DNA of 64,000 nt, from assembly GCF_028641065.1 (NCBI RefSeq), contig NC_073401.1, positions 22,382,001 to 22,446,000 of the forward strand. Reading direction: 5' to 3'. Positions 50,769-62,550 of the stretch are shown one piece after another. The DNA is from Leucoraja erinacea (lineage: Eukaryota). Numbering within the stretch: the first letter of the stretch is position 1; each line of letters starts with the position of its first letter. The position numbers were made by a program, and so were the translations under genes. The notes under the pieces were generated by a model. It was given only the letters and a program-made list of their open reading frames with translations. It was not told the DNA's origin and searched no databases.

Positions 50769-53700
50769 TATTGTAAGGGGAATAGATAGGCGTTTCTGCG
50801 GCCGCAAACGAGACTCCAGGATGATATGTTGCCTCCCTGGTGCAACGGTCTGGGATGTCACTGAACGGCTGCAGAACATTCTGGAGGGGGAGGGTGAACA
50901 GCCAGTTGTCGTGGTGCACATTGGCAACAACGATATAGGTAAAAAAAAGGTATGAGGTACAAGGTGAATTTAGGGAGCTATGAGATAAACTTAAAAGTAG
51001 GACCTCAAAGGTAATAATCTCTGGATTACTACTAGTGCCACGGGCTAGTCAGAGTAGAAATAAAAGGATATTGCAGATGAATTCGTGGCTTCAAAAATGG
51101 TGCAAGAGGGAGGGATTCAAATTTCTAGGGCATTGGAACCAGTTCTGGGGGAGGTGGGACCAGTACAAACAGGACGGTCTGCACCTGGGCTGGAATGGAA
51201 CCAATGTCCTAATGGAAGTGTTTGCTAGTGCTGTCGGGGAGGATATAAACTAATGCGGCGGGGTATGGGTGCAAGAGCAGAGAGACAGAGGGGTGTAAAA
51301 TGAGGGTAGAAGCAATAGGTAGCAAGGTGAAAAATAAAAGTGGCGGGCAGACAAATCCAGGGCAAAAATCAAAAAGAGCCACATTTCAACATAATTGTAT
51401 AAGGGGTAAGAGTGTTGTAAAAATAAGCCTGAAGGCTTTGTATCTTAATGCAAGGAGCATTCGTAATAAGGTGGATGAGTTGAATGTGCAGATAGTTATT
51501 AATTAATATGATATAGTTGGGATCACGGAGACATGGCTCCAGGTTGACCAAGGCGGGGAGTTGACCATCCAGGGATATTCAATATTCAGTAGGGATAGAC
51601 AGAAAGGAAAAGGAGGCGGGGTAGCGTTGCTGGTTAGAGAGGAGATTAACGCAATAGAAAGGAAGGACTATCTTGGAGGCTGTGGAATCGATATGGGTAG
51701 AGCTGCAAAACACTAAGGGGCAGAAAACGCTAGTGGGAGTTGTGTACAGGCCACCTAACAGTAGTAGTGGAGTTGGGGATGGCATCAAACAGGAAATTAG
51801 AAATGCGTGCAACAAAGGTAAAACAGTTATAATGGGTGACTTCAAATTGGGTGAATCAAATTGGCAGAGGTGCTGAGGAAGAGGATTTATTGGAATATAT
51901 ACAGGATAGTTTTCTGAACCAACGAGAGAGCAGGCTATTCTAGACTGGGTATTGAGTAATGAGGAAGGGTTAGTTAGCAGTCTTGTTGTGCCTGGCCCCT
52001 TGGGCACAAGTGGCCATAATATGGTTGAGTTCTTCATTAGGATGGAGAGTGACATTGTTAATTCAGAAACAAAGGGTCCTGAACTTAAAGGAATGTGACT
52101 TTGAGGGTATGAGACATGAATTGGCCAAGATAGACTGGAAATTGATTTTTAAAAGGTTGACGGTGGATATGCAATGGAAGTAATTTAAAAACTGCATGGA
52201 CGAACTACAACAATTGTTCATCCCAGTTTGGCAAAATAATAAATCATGGAAGGTAGTGCATCCGTGGATAACAAGGGAAATCAGGGATAGTATCAAAACA
52301 AAAGATGAAGCGCAAAAATTAGCCAGAAAAGGCAGCCTACCAGAGGACTGGGAGAAATTCAGAGTCCAGCAGAGGAGGACAAAAGGCTTAATTAGGAAAG
52401 GGAAAATAGATTATGAAAGAAAACTGGCAGGAAACAGAACAACTGACTGCAAAAGGGTTTATAGATATGTGAACAGGAAAATATTAGTTAAAACAAATGT
52501 AGGTCCCTTGCAGTCAGAAACAGGCGAATTGATCATGGGGAACAGGGACATGGCAGACCAATTGAATAACTACTTTGGTTCTGTCTTCAATAAGGAATAC
52601 ATAAATAATCTGCCGGAAATAGCAAGGGACCGGGGGTTAAATGAGATGGAGGAACTGAGTGAAATCCAGATTAGTCGGGAAGTAGTGTTGAATGGATTAA
52701 AGGCTGATAAATCCCCAGGGCCAGATAAATTGCATCCCAGAGTACATAAGGAAGTAGCCGCAGAAATAGTGGATGCATTAGTGATAATTTTTCAAAACTC
52801 TTTAGATTCTGGAGTAGTTCCTGAGGACTGGAGGGTAGCTAATGAAACCCCACTTTTTTAAAAAAAGGGAGAGAGAAAACGGGGAATTGCAGACCAGTTA
52901 GTCTATTACCGGTGGTAGGGGAAATTCTGGAGTCAGTTATTAAAGATGGGATAGCAGCACATTTGGAAAGTGGTGAATTCATTGGACAAAGTCAGCATGG
53001 ATTTATGAAAGGTAAATCATGTCTGACGAATCTTATAGAATTTTTCTAAGATGTAACTAGTAGAGTGGATAAGGGAGAACCAGTTGATGTGTTATATCTG
53101 GACTTTCAGAAGGCTTTCGACCAGGTCCTAATAAGAGATTAGTATGCAAACTTAAAGCACACGGTATTGTGGGTTCAGTATTGATGTGGATAGAGAACTG
53201 GCTGACAGACAGGAACCAAAGAGTAGGAGTAAACGGGTCATTTTCAGAATGGCTGACAGTGACTAGTGGGGTACCGCAAGGCTCAGTGCTGGGACCCCAG
53301 CTATTTACAATATATATTAATGATCTGGATGAGGGAATTGAATGCAACATCTCCAGGTTTGCAGATGACACGAAGCTGGGGGCAGTGTTAGCTGTGAGGA
53401 GGATGCTAGGAGGCTGCAAGGTGACTTAGATAGGTTGGGTGAGTGCGCAAATGCATGGCAGATGCAGTATAATGTGGATAAATGTGAGGTTATCCACTTT
53501 GGTGGCAAAACCAGGAAAGTAGACTATTAACTGAATGGTGGCCGATTAGGAAAAGAGAAGATGCAACGAGACCTGGGTGTCATGGTACACCAGTCATTGA
53601 AAGTAGGCATGCAGGTGCAGCAGGCAGTGAAGAAAGCAAATGGTATGTTAGCATTCATAGCAAAATAATTTGAGTATAACAGCAGGGCGATTCTATTGCA

Positions 53701-54291
53701 GTTGTACAGAGTCTTGGTGAGACAACGCCTGGTGTATAGCGTACAGTTTTGGTCTCCTAATCTGAGCAAATACATTATTGCCATAGAGGGAGTACAGAGA
53801 AGGTTCACCAGACTGATTCCTGGGATGGCAGGACTTTCAAATGAAGAAAGACTGGATAGACTCGGCTTGTACACGCTAGAATTTAGAAGATTGAGGGGGG
53901 ATCTTATAGAAACTTACAAAATTCTTAAGGGGTTGGACAGGCTAGATGCAGGAAGATTGTTCACGATGTTGGGGAAGTCCAGAACAAGGGGTCACAGTTT
54001 AAGGATAAGGGGGAAATCTTTTAGGACCGAGATGAGAAATAAAATTCACACAGAGAGTGGTGAATCTGTGGAATTCTCTGCCACAGAAGGTAGTTGTGGC
54101 CAGTTCATTGGGCATATTTAAGAGGGAGTTGGATGTGGCCCTTGTGGCTAAAGGTATCAGGGGGTATGGAGACAAGGCAGGTACAGGATATTGCGTTGGA
54201 TGATTCGCCATGATCATATTGAATGGTGATGCAGGCTCGAAGGGCCGAATGGCCTACTCCTGCACCTCTTTTCGATGTGTCTATGTTTCTA
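50769..54291 (+). mobile_element. Long (~3.5 kb) CR1-type LINE: partial SGNH-esterase-like ORF1, APE endonuclease and RT; disrupted
   Basis: CLPGA..LQNILEGEGEQPVVVVHIGNNDIG, DGLHL (ORF1); LYLNARSIRNKVDEL, VGVVYRPPN, IMGDF (APE); [22 protein letters not shown] (RT); tctatgtttctat tail; many stops. Confidence 0.93.
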
Positions 54292-55961
54292 TCCTAAGAA
54301 ATCATATGTATAAATTCATTTGCCGGATAAACGACTCTAAAAATGTATTTAACGATGCCTTGTCAAATATAAGGTTTAGCACTACACGCTACGGGGACAC
54401 TGGTATCGCTGGCTCGTTGTGGGACATTGATCTTTTCTATTCTGGATGTTAAATCATGTATTGTGTTTTTTTATATATAATTTATGATGTGTTTATGTGA
54501 TATACTCAGATTTTATATGTATTTTATGGTGCAATGTATTTTTATATAATGTTGTCGTTTGTCTGGACCTTGAGTCCGAAATAACGTGTATTAACGATAG
54601 AGAAGATTAACCAATATTCAGATAAGCATAACTCTGTAAAGAACTATATTCTGGACTATAGTGACTTAATGTGGAACACAACTAAAGGGATGGTCGAATT
54701 CTTTGTGGCATTAAAAAAAACAATCAACAGAACAATGAATTGTATTAATAAAGGAATATGACTGTGTTGCTACATCAGAGATCAGATCATATGAATTTTT
54801 TTTTAAATATTGTAAGGAAACCGAAGCTGAGGTTGAGGGTATAAAACCTTACTTGCAACACGACAGTGGTAGTCCTTACAAATCAGAACCAGGCCCAATT
54901 CTGCCTACTCTCTGTTTCATGAAGCCAGCCTTCGCTTCACGATAGCATGTGACCTCTAGTACATGCATCATTTTCCTTCTTTGGAAATTGCACGTTAATC
55001 TTCAAAGTATTCCATTACATTAGACAAACGTTGCTTGCCAAGTTGCTTGAGCACTTCGGCACAAACGCATGTGATAGTTTTAATATTCAATAATATTCAC
55101 GTTTCCAAATATCCTACTATGACGCTTATTCTCGTCAAATTTGATCTAAAGCAGCCAAAGAAATACTACGTCGGCAAAATACCTCTAATATCATTTGTGA
55201 TCACATGCCTGTGAAAGGAATGGACGTGGCGGATAAAATAATATCTAGGAGTGCTTTCTGTGCCAGTGCCAGACCCACTGAAAATAAGTGGCCAGGTAAG
55301 AGGATGAAGCATCAGTGGGCTGATATTTTGAGGGTACAAAACCATTGCATTTTACCCGTAAAGAATGTATTGGAAGGAATAAGAATAGTCCCGAAATCAG
55401 GTTTCCGAATTGCAAGAAGGCCGATTTCAGTAACATTGTAAGAAGTACATTCTGGATCGGTATTCCTAGTGGGTTGGAGCTGTATTTTCGGCAAAATGAC
55501 TGCATCAATTCCAGAGAAGGTGGTCCTTAACGATTACAGAGTCCACATCACATCCCTATATTTAACGTATTAAGGATCACAGTCTTCTGTCATTTCATCT
55601 TTACCTGAAATTGCACTGCTACATAATCTGCGGGATAACCTACGGGAACAGATTGCTTCTCGACCAGGCTGCCCTGGTAACGCTGCCCCTCGCTGGACCA
55701 TCACAATGTGTGTGGTTTTGCTCCAACCGAGCAATTTGGAAGCGCGCTTCGCATACAGGAAACATTCCACACAGAAGTGAATGCTTGTTAGTCATTAACC
55801 CCGTTATTCTTCAGCTGTGGCTTCTATGCAATGTACATCTTCCCTGCGTAAAACGATAAAACTATATTTAAATACGTAATCTTATTTATTTTAGAGAATA
55901 TCTAGGTTGCTTTAATACTTCACTTCCATTAATTTGTTAATGTGATGAATGTCCACTCCAT

Positions 55962-56142
55962 TGTCAAAGTGCTAGAGTAATTCAGCAGATAGGGCAGCAT
56001 CTTTGGAGGACATGGATATGTTATGTTTTTGGTGGGGACCCTGTTCCAGAGTCTAAAGAAGGTTCTCGATCCGAAATGTCCTTACGAGACCATCTACTCC
56101 AGCATTGTGCGTTTTACTGAAGATCCCAGCATCTCACAGTCT
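55962..56142. mobile_element. Inverted pair of decayed Penelope pLTR-derived repeats
   Basis: gctagagtaattcagc..gcagcatct.. then gtctaaagaaggttctcgatccgaaatgtc..actccagcatt..cagcatct. Confidence 0.55.
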
Positions 56143-56227
56143 CATCTCATTGAACGTCACAACCTTGTTCTGTTCAACATTTCATTACAAATGTTAATCT
56201 TTTGAGACTTTCAGTCTGCCTGTCTAC

Positions 56228-56260
<33 letters not shown>

Positions 56261-58287
56261 GTTGTTCTTACCATGATGCTCGCACGTAGAGTTACACTAT
56301 GGATCAAGCAGAAATAATATTCTGCCAAACTCCAACAAGACGAGTAGAACATCTCTATTACCCTATAATCTCTTTTTGTTTCCAAAACCTAAAGTTCCAA
56401 CAATACGCCAAATTTTAATCAACATTGATAGCAAGATGCGGATTAGTATGCACTGGTAAGCTTCTTGAATCACTGACGTATTCTGGCGATAGGACCCAAA
56501 TCCTGCAATTAGAAAGGGATTTCCAAGAAATGAGCCCCCAACAATCGCAAAGCATAGCAATGTATTTCGCACTCAACATCGCCTGTGACTTGTCTAGCAA
56601 GAGAGGTGCTCCTATGCACACCCTTTGCTCTTATCCTGATTCGGCACGGAGGTGTTGTCCGTGAGTCCTAGGCATAATTGTAATGTATTTTACGTATTGC
56701 CAAGAGAGTCGTGGCAATATATTGTTACTTGGGAGAGGATGAATATTTGGAATGAGAAAAGTATCAAAGAGCGGATTACTTTCTTCTGGATGAACTTGAT
56801 TGTTGTTTTACCTGCATGAGGAATTGTCCAATGTATCCAGTTTATGTAAAGCGTTAATGTGGAGAGATCAGAGGATAACTGAGCAAAGGCAACTACACTG
56901 CGTACTGAAACATGGTCTGATGTCATCATTTCAACTAAAATGTTGTTAATGCCAGTTAAATGCTGCATAATCATGCCACGGTATCACAGGAATGATTCCG
57001 CTGTTCCAACAGAGATAGCATTTCCGAAGTACCGAAGAGTAGAACAATTTGGGAAACAATGTTTGGGACATTGATGCCTTTGCTTGACCTGTGTGCATGT
57101 CATCGATTTGCGGACGTTAATGAGATGCGAGTATTAACTGTCCAGACACATCAGCAGTACAGCCCGGTCTCCTTTGATTAATTACCAGCGAAATCGTTAG
57201 TCCAAATATCAACATTTTGAAAATGTAGACTGTTTTTTGACTGTATTTTCTTGTTCATCGCCGTTAGCACTGATTCGCCCGGTGTTACTACCCTGCAGGG
57301 ATAATCCACAAAGCGAAAGGAGCGCTGCCGCGACAACTAGCGCGATTGGGTTGCGATATAAAATCTGCGTACATTAGATCAGGTATAAGGCAACGCTGGT
57401 TGCATGTAAATATAATTTCATATGTCAGATGAAGTTGGACAGAATTAATATCATAGCAACGCAAGCACTTGCAGACATCGAGGTCTTTCATATATAAAAC
57501 TCGCCAGCAGCTACCAACATGTCGATTAAACATGTTTCTCAATTTATTATCTCAAATAAGTCAATTACCCGTGCTAAGCCAGTGAACATGTGTGCTGCTA
57601 GCAAGCATGCTTTCCAGAATTACAGCGGTGTTGACGGGGCATTGACACCCAAATCTGCAAATTCGTAACTAATTTTGAAGACAATTGTTTCTTCACATTG
57701 CGCTTTGAAAGATTTCCTACACACCATCTTCACCAGAATATTTACCAGTTTCAAATAAAATGTGGGTGTGCAACTAAAAGGGTGAAGAGACATGTCGCGT
57801 ACAGTAGTGCGAGAGCATGAGATCGGATTCTTCAGCCCCTGTTTGAATGCATCCCTTCATTTTTCAAGAGTGAATGAGCAGTCGCCAGGAATTATGATGA
57901 GGTTATTCGATTAATTTATTTGAAGGCGCATGCCGTGCAACTGCACAGCAAAAGATTCAGAATAAATGAAAAGGAATAATTCAACACCTCCTTTCAAACT
58001 AAACAAAGTCTCTTATGTGATTGAGTCTATATTAAATCGTCCCGAGGTACAAATGTACCGGGATAAATTGTACCGAGATATTCGACACCAAATCTTTATT
58101 TACTTTGGAAATAATTTGACACAGGACGAATCTGGCAACTTCTGATTGGCGCAACACGCATTCTGATTTGACTGTTGAAGGATAGATAAGGAACTCGAGG
58201 TGACGCCTTATCACACGGTTCATAAGCGACCAGGAGTGAAACACTGAGGAGCCACTTCACCTGGCGTTCTCCGCTCAATTCATTACA

Positions 58288-58336
58288 ATGTCTTGCTGGA
58301 TCTCACTAGTCTATGCGTTAGTGTTTTCCGCAGCTT
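58288..58336 (+). CDS. IgL cluster 6 leader exon (MSCWISLVYALVFSAA)
   Basis: ATG, signal peptide, T|GTGAGT donor. Confidence 0.92.
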
Positions 58337-58460
58337 GTGAGTATTTACTTCAACCGACATGATATTTAATCTCGAGTACGATTAAACCTTTCTATTTGTG
58401 AAATTCTGCTGTTTCTCTGATATTAGTTAATTTTCTACTTTTTTCTGGTTTGTTTTTCAG

Positions 58461-58805
58461 ATATAAATGCGCAATTTTCACTAAATCAGCCGTCTTCAAA
58501 ATCCACATCTCTGGGACAGAACGTGGAAATTGCCTGTACCCTGTCTGGCGGCAGTTTAGGTAGTAGCACCGTGTCCTGGTACCAGCAGATTCCAGGAGCG
58601 GTTCCGCGTTACTTGTTCCGCTATTGGTCGGGCAGCAGCATTTACAGAGGCTCGGGAGTTTCTGAACGTTTCTCCGGATCAGTGTCAGGCAACACTGCAA
58701 CATTGACAATATCGAACTTACAGTCTGGGGACGCTGCTGACTACTTCTGTGCTGTGTGGAAAGATGCTGTAATCTTCGGCAAAGGAACGAGGCTGAGTAT
58801 TGGCA
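58461..58805 (+). CDS. IGLV: IgL cluster 6 germline-joined VJ exon (diverged paralog)
   Basis: QFSLNQPSS..CTLSGGSLGSSTVSWYQQ..RYWSGSSIYRG..YFC-AVWKDAVI-FGKGTRL; A|GTAAGT. Confidence 0.97.
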
Positions 58806-58819
58806 GTAAGTAAAATACC

Positions 58820-59000
58820 TTCTATCTTTGCGTAGACACAAAAAGCTGGAGTAACGTAGCGACACAGGCTGCATCTCTGGAGAGAAGGAAAGGGTCGTAG
58901 GAAGGAACTGCAGATGTTGGTTTAAAACGAAGATAGGCACAACAAGCTGAACAGGCAGCATCTCTGTAGGGAATGAATAGGTCTGCAGTTCCTTCCTGCA
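58820..59000. mobile_element. Cluster-6-specific rearranged pLTR-derived repeat at the start of the J-C intron
   Basis: tagacacaaaaagctggagtaac..gcatctctggaga; taggaaggaactgcaga and its inverted copy tctgcagttccttcct. Confidence 0.6.
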
Positions 59001-59416
59001 TATTCGGTCTTTGGGTTAATGATATATAACAGTGAAAAGTAATTGGTTTTCTGTCGCTAATCGAAGGTTCAAAGGAAAAGCTTTTAACGCTATTATCTAT
59101 GTTCAGCGTTCGACTAAAGTCGAGTTTCCTTTGGCAAATTATTAGACGTTGCTCTATCAAAGGGCTTGATGCTATGACTGCTGTTTGTATTTTTTACACT
59201 AAATAGCTAAAATAAAAGGTATTTAAAGCCGATATGTTTTAAATTTTCGACCACGATCGAGTCTTTTTTGACAAATTAGTTGACAACAGCAATGAAAGGA
59301 CGAAACGGCTGTCCAGCTGTTTTTTTTAAATTCTTTATTACTTTGCTGACGGAAAGTTGACAATTATCAAACCTGAATAAGAATTAGACCGAACGTAAGG
59401 GAACGGTAAATAACTT

Positions 59417-59440
59417 GGGGGGGGGGGGGGGGGGGGGGGG
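59417..59440 (+). repeat. Poly-G tract (24 nt)
   Basis: Direct reading. Confidence 0.9.
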
Positions 59441-60225
59441 ACAAGGAACTGCAGGTGCTGGTTTACAAAAAAAGACACAAAGCTCTGGGGTGACTCAGCG
59501 GGTAGGGCAGCATCTCTGGTGAACATGGATAGGTGACTTTTGGTTCGGGTCCCTTCTTCAAATCAGTTTTGTTCCGTGTGACATCTTATAACGCATTTCG
59601 CTGTGGTGCCATTATGCGAAAGGAATAAGATTCGCTATTCAACTTCAGAAATATGGGCTGAATTATTACTTCAAAGAGAAGAGACTGGTCGAGAAAAACA
59701 AACATAAACGTTTCAGCAATAATGTAAATCATATCAACGACTATTTAAAATGCGAGAAACGGTAAATTTAACGTGGCTGCAAATTTATTGATTGTTAAAA
59801 CGACAAAATATTCTTGTCGCTAAAATCCAACCATTAGTAACATTTCGGTATCTGGTCTTAACAAATGAACAGATGAATTAAGGGAAGGTATTTAAACAAA
59901 ACTAAAGTTTTAAGCGCGTTTAGTGGAACTTTGGCTTCAATGAAAACCCGCAACTGGCTGTCGAGTAAAACAGTTGGGTTTTTTTTTATTGTAGCTGGAG
60001 CCAACGAAAATAATACTCTGGAGATCAATTCAAAACACTGCCGAAACAATATACTTTACGCTGCTGCGCATATTCTGTCCCATTGCCATAAATAGCAGTT
60101 ATTGTTTGGAGATCTCACTTGGAACGAATGAATCCATGTTATACCAACTGTATTTTTAACAAAGATAATGTTTTAACCGAAGCAGTTCTGCCAGCCCTAC
60201 TAATCTGTGATTTTATTTAAAATAG

Positions 60226-60548
60226 ATCCTCAGCCCCCCGCGGTGTCCGTGCTTGGACCTTCAGCGCAAGAATTGACGGGAAAGGGAACGGCCACCCTGG
60301 TGTGTTTGGTGAACGGGTTTAATCCGGGCGCTGTGGAAATTGACTGGACCGTGGACGGCAGTGCGAGGAGTGAAGGCGTTGTGACCAGCCGGATCCAACA
60401 GGCGGCGGACAACACGTTCAGTGCGAGCAGTTACCTAACTCTGCCAGCCACAGTGTGGAACTCACACGAGCTTTACTCCTGTGTGGTTAAACACGAGACT
60501 CAGGCTAACCCGCTGCAGGGAAACATCGCCAGGTCCAGGTGTCTGTAA
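60226..60548 (+). CDS. IGLC: IgL cluster 6 constant exon
   Basis: aatAG acceptor; PQPPAVSVLGPS..ATLVCLVNGFNPG..SRIQQAADNTFS..WNSHELYSCVVKHE..SRCL*. Confidence 0.97.
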
Positions 60549-61192
60549 AACTTCTAGATTCCAACTAATCAAATTGACAAATATTGTTGCTCCGTCTTTC
60601 ATTTGTCAAAAATTGATATAAAAATATTCTCTATTATCGACTTGCATTTGCGGTAAAATTGTCCTTTGTCTCGCTGTTTGTAAACGTCATTCAATTGAAG
60701 CAACTCGTTGTGAATTGAAACTCCAATGTTATTCAATCTGTTAAATGCATTCCCAAATATTCATTAAAAGACAGTGGTCTAAAGATTACATTCAGGTTTG
60801 TTTTGTTTACCCACGTGACTAACATACAAATACAGCTCGCGACTAAAATCAATAATTCAATCTTAAGAGCGAAACATGTGTTGGATTTTTATTTCTGATC
60901 AGAGAAAATCAAATGTATTTAATCAACCTTCATCATTTTACCTTATGGAAGAACCGATGATAAATGTGGCCGAACGTTATGTTATAAACTGGTGTGATGA
61001 TAAATTGGTTCATAGAGCCGCGCGCGCGCACACGCACACACACGAACAAAATGGGGCGCTCATGTAGAAACGTATTCGAGGACAGACAGTAATCGTTATA
61101 TGTGACCTTGCTAATACTATTCACTTAGCAATTCCAACCTATTTCATCTGTGAATTAACTGGGTGGGGCTGGTGGTGAGTGAGATTAATATG

Positions 61193-61385
61193 GAAACATA
61201 GAAACATAGAAAATAGATGCAGGAGTAGGCTATTCGGCCCTTTGAGCATGCACCGCCATTCAATATGGTCATGGCTGATCATCCAACTCAGTATCCCATA
61301 AGGCCTTCGCTCCGTACCCCCTGATCCCTTTAGCCACAAGGGCCACATCTAACTCCCTCTTAAATATAGTCAATGAACTGGCCTC
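61193..61385 (-). mobile_element. CR1-type LINE 3' end fragment
   Basis: (GAAACATA)n followed by the reverse complement of the CR1 3' UTR seen at ~8280-8474. Confidence 0.85.
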
Positions 61386-61574
61386 ATTGTCTGGCAGAAT
61401 ATGGTATTTCTGCCTTTATATAGGGCGCTAGCACACATGGAGTATCACATATAGTTTTACTTTCCTCGCCTAATAGAAGTACTGAAGTTCTTGGTTGGTT
61501 CCTGCTGAGCTGATTAGCGGGATAAGTGTACGCTGCGCGGAACGACTGAGAAGCGTAGCCTACCTTCTCATCCA

Positions 61575-61772
61575 CTCCCTACACAGTGGGGGCAATTTTA
61601 CAGAGGTCAATTAACCTAGAAACCCGCAATCTTTGGGATGTGGGAGGCAAACCACGGCACCACATGGGAAACGTGTAAACTCCTCACAGACAGCATCCGA
61701 GCTCAGGATCGAACCCTGGTCTCTGGCGCTGTCGAGGCAGCTGCTCTACCAGGTGCGCCACTGTGCCGCCCC
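61575..61772 (-). mobile_element. tRNA-derived SINE fragment; related copy ~63170-63314
   Basis: ggatcgaaccc (B box, reverse) and ccactgtgccgccc (A-box head, reverse). Confidence 0.7.
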
Positions 61773-61894
61773 ACAATATATAATATATCAGCCACTGTAA
61801 TATCTAAATCTCGTAGTGGTCTTGGCAGGAAAGGTGCAGACGTAATTTCTCCTGATTGATGAGTGCAAACTATAATTTGCAGTATCCACAAAGC

Positions 61895-62550
61895 GCAGAA
61901 CATAGTACAGCACAGCACACGAACAAGCCTTTCCGCACTCCATGCCTCTGCCGACATGATGCCAAAACCAAATCTTATCTGCGGGCACGTGATCTGGATC
62001 CAGAAATCTTACAAATGCCACTGTTGCTTGTGTCGCCACCACCACCTTCGCCAACGCCTTCACAGTCCTCACCAACCTCTGTATATAAAATGTCCATGCG
62101 TCTCTCTCCTTAAAGCTATGTCATCTAGTCCTTGATATTTCCACTCTGAGGGGAAATGGTAATCATTCGCTGCCCTATCTATGACTCATAATTGTATATA
62201 ATTCTAGCAGGTCTCCCCTGATAGTCAACGGTTACAGGGAAAACAACCCAATTCTGTCCAACCTGTGCTCGTAGTTCAGGTATCATGCTGGTAAACATCC
62301 GCTGAGCCCTTTACAAGGCCTATAATTTCCATCTAGTATCAGAGCGACCAGAAATGATGGCAGTACCCGAAATGCAGCCTAGCAAAAGTCCTATAAAAGT
62401 TAGCATCATGACTCGCCTGCCCTTATCCTGAATGCCCTGCCCAATGAAGGAAAACATACAATATGCATTCTCACCACTCTATATAGTAGTGTTGCCACTG
62501 AAGGAGATATAGACTTGGTTCCCAAAATTCCTCTGTACTTCAATACTGTT
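61895..62550 (-). mobile_element. Old LINE (CR1-like) 3' fragment; related copy ~63430-64000
   Basis: agaacatagtacagcac..aacaagcccttc, ctatctatgactcataatt, gaccagaaat..cagtac, aaggcaagcatgcc. Confidence 0.6.

Noticed and set aside
54292-55950. Possible gene in the unique-looking region upstream of cluster 6
   Set aside because: Only short ORFs without motifs and no convincing exon structure; may contain old repeats I cannot identify.
58392-58961. 189-aa antisense ORF over V6
   Set aside because: Spans a repeat, the V exon and an intron; no recognisable domain; absent from paralogs.
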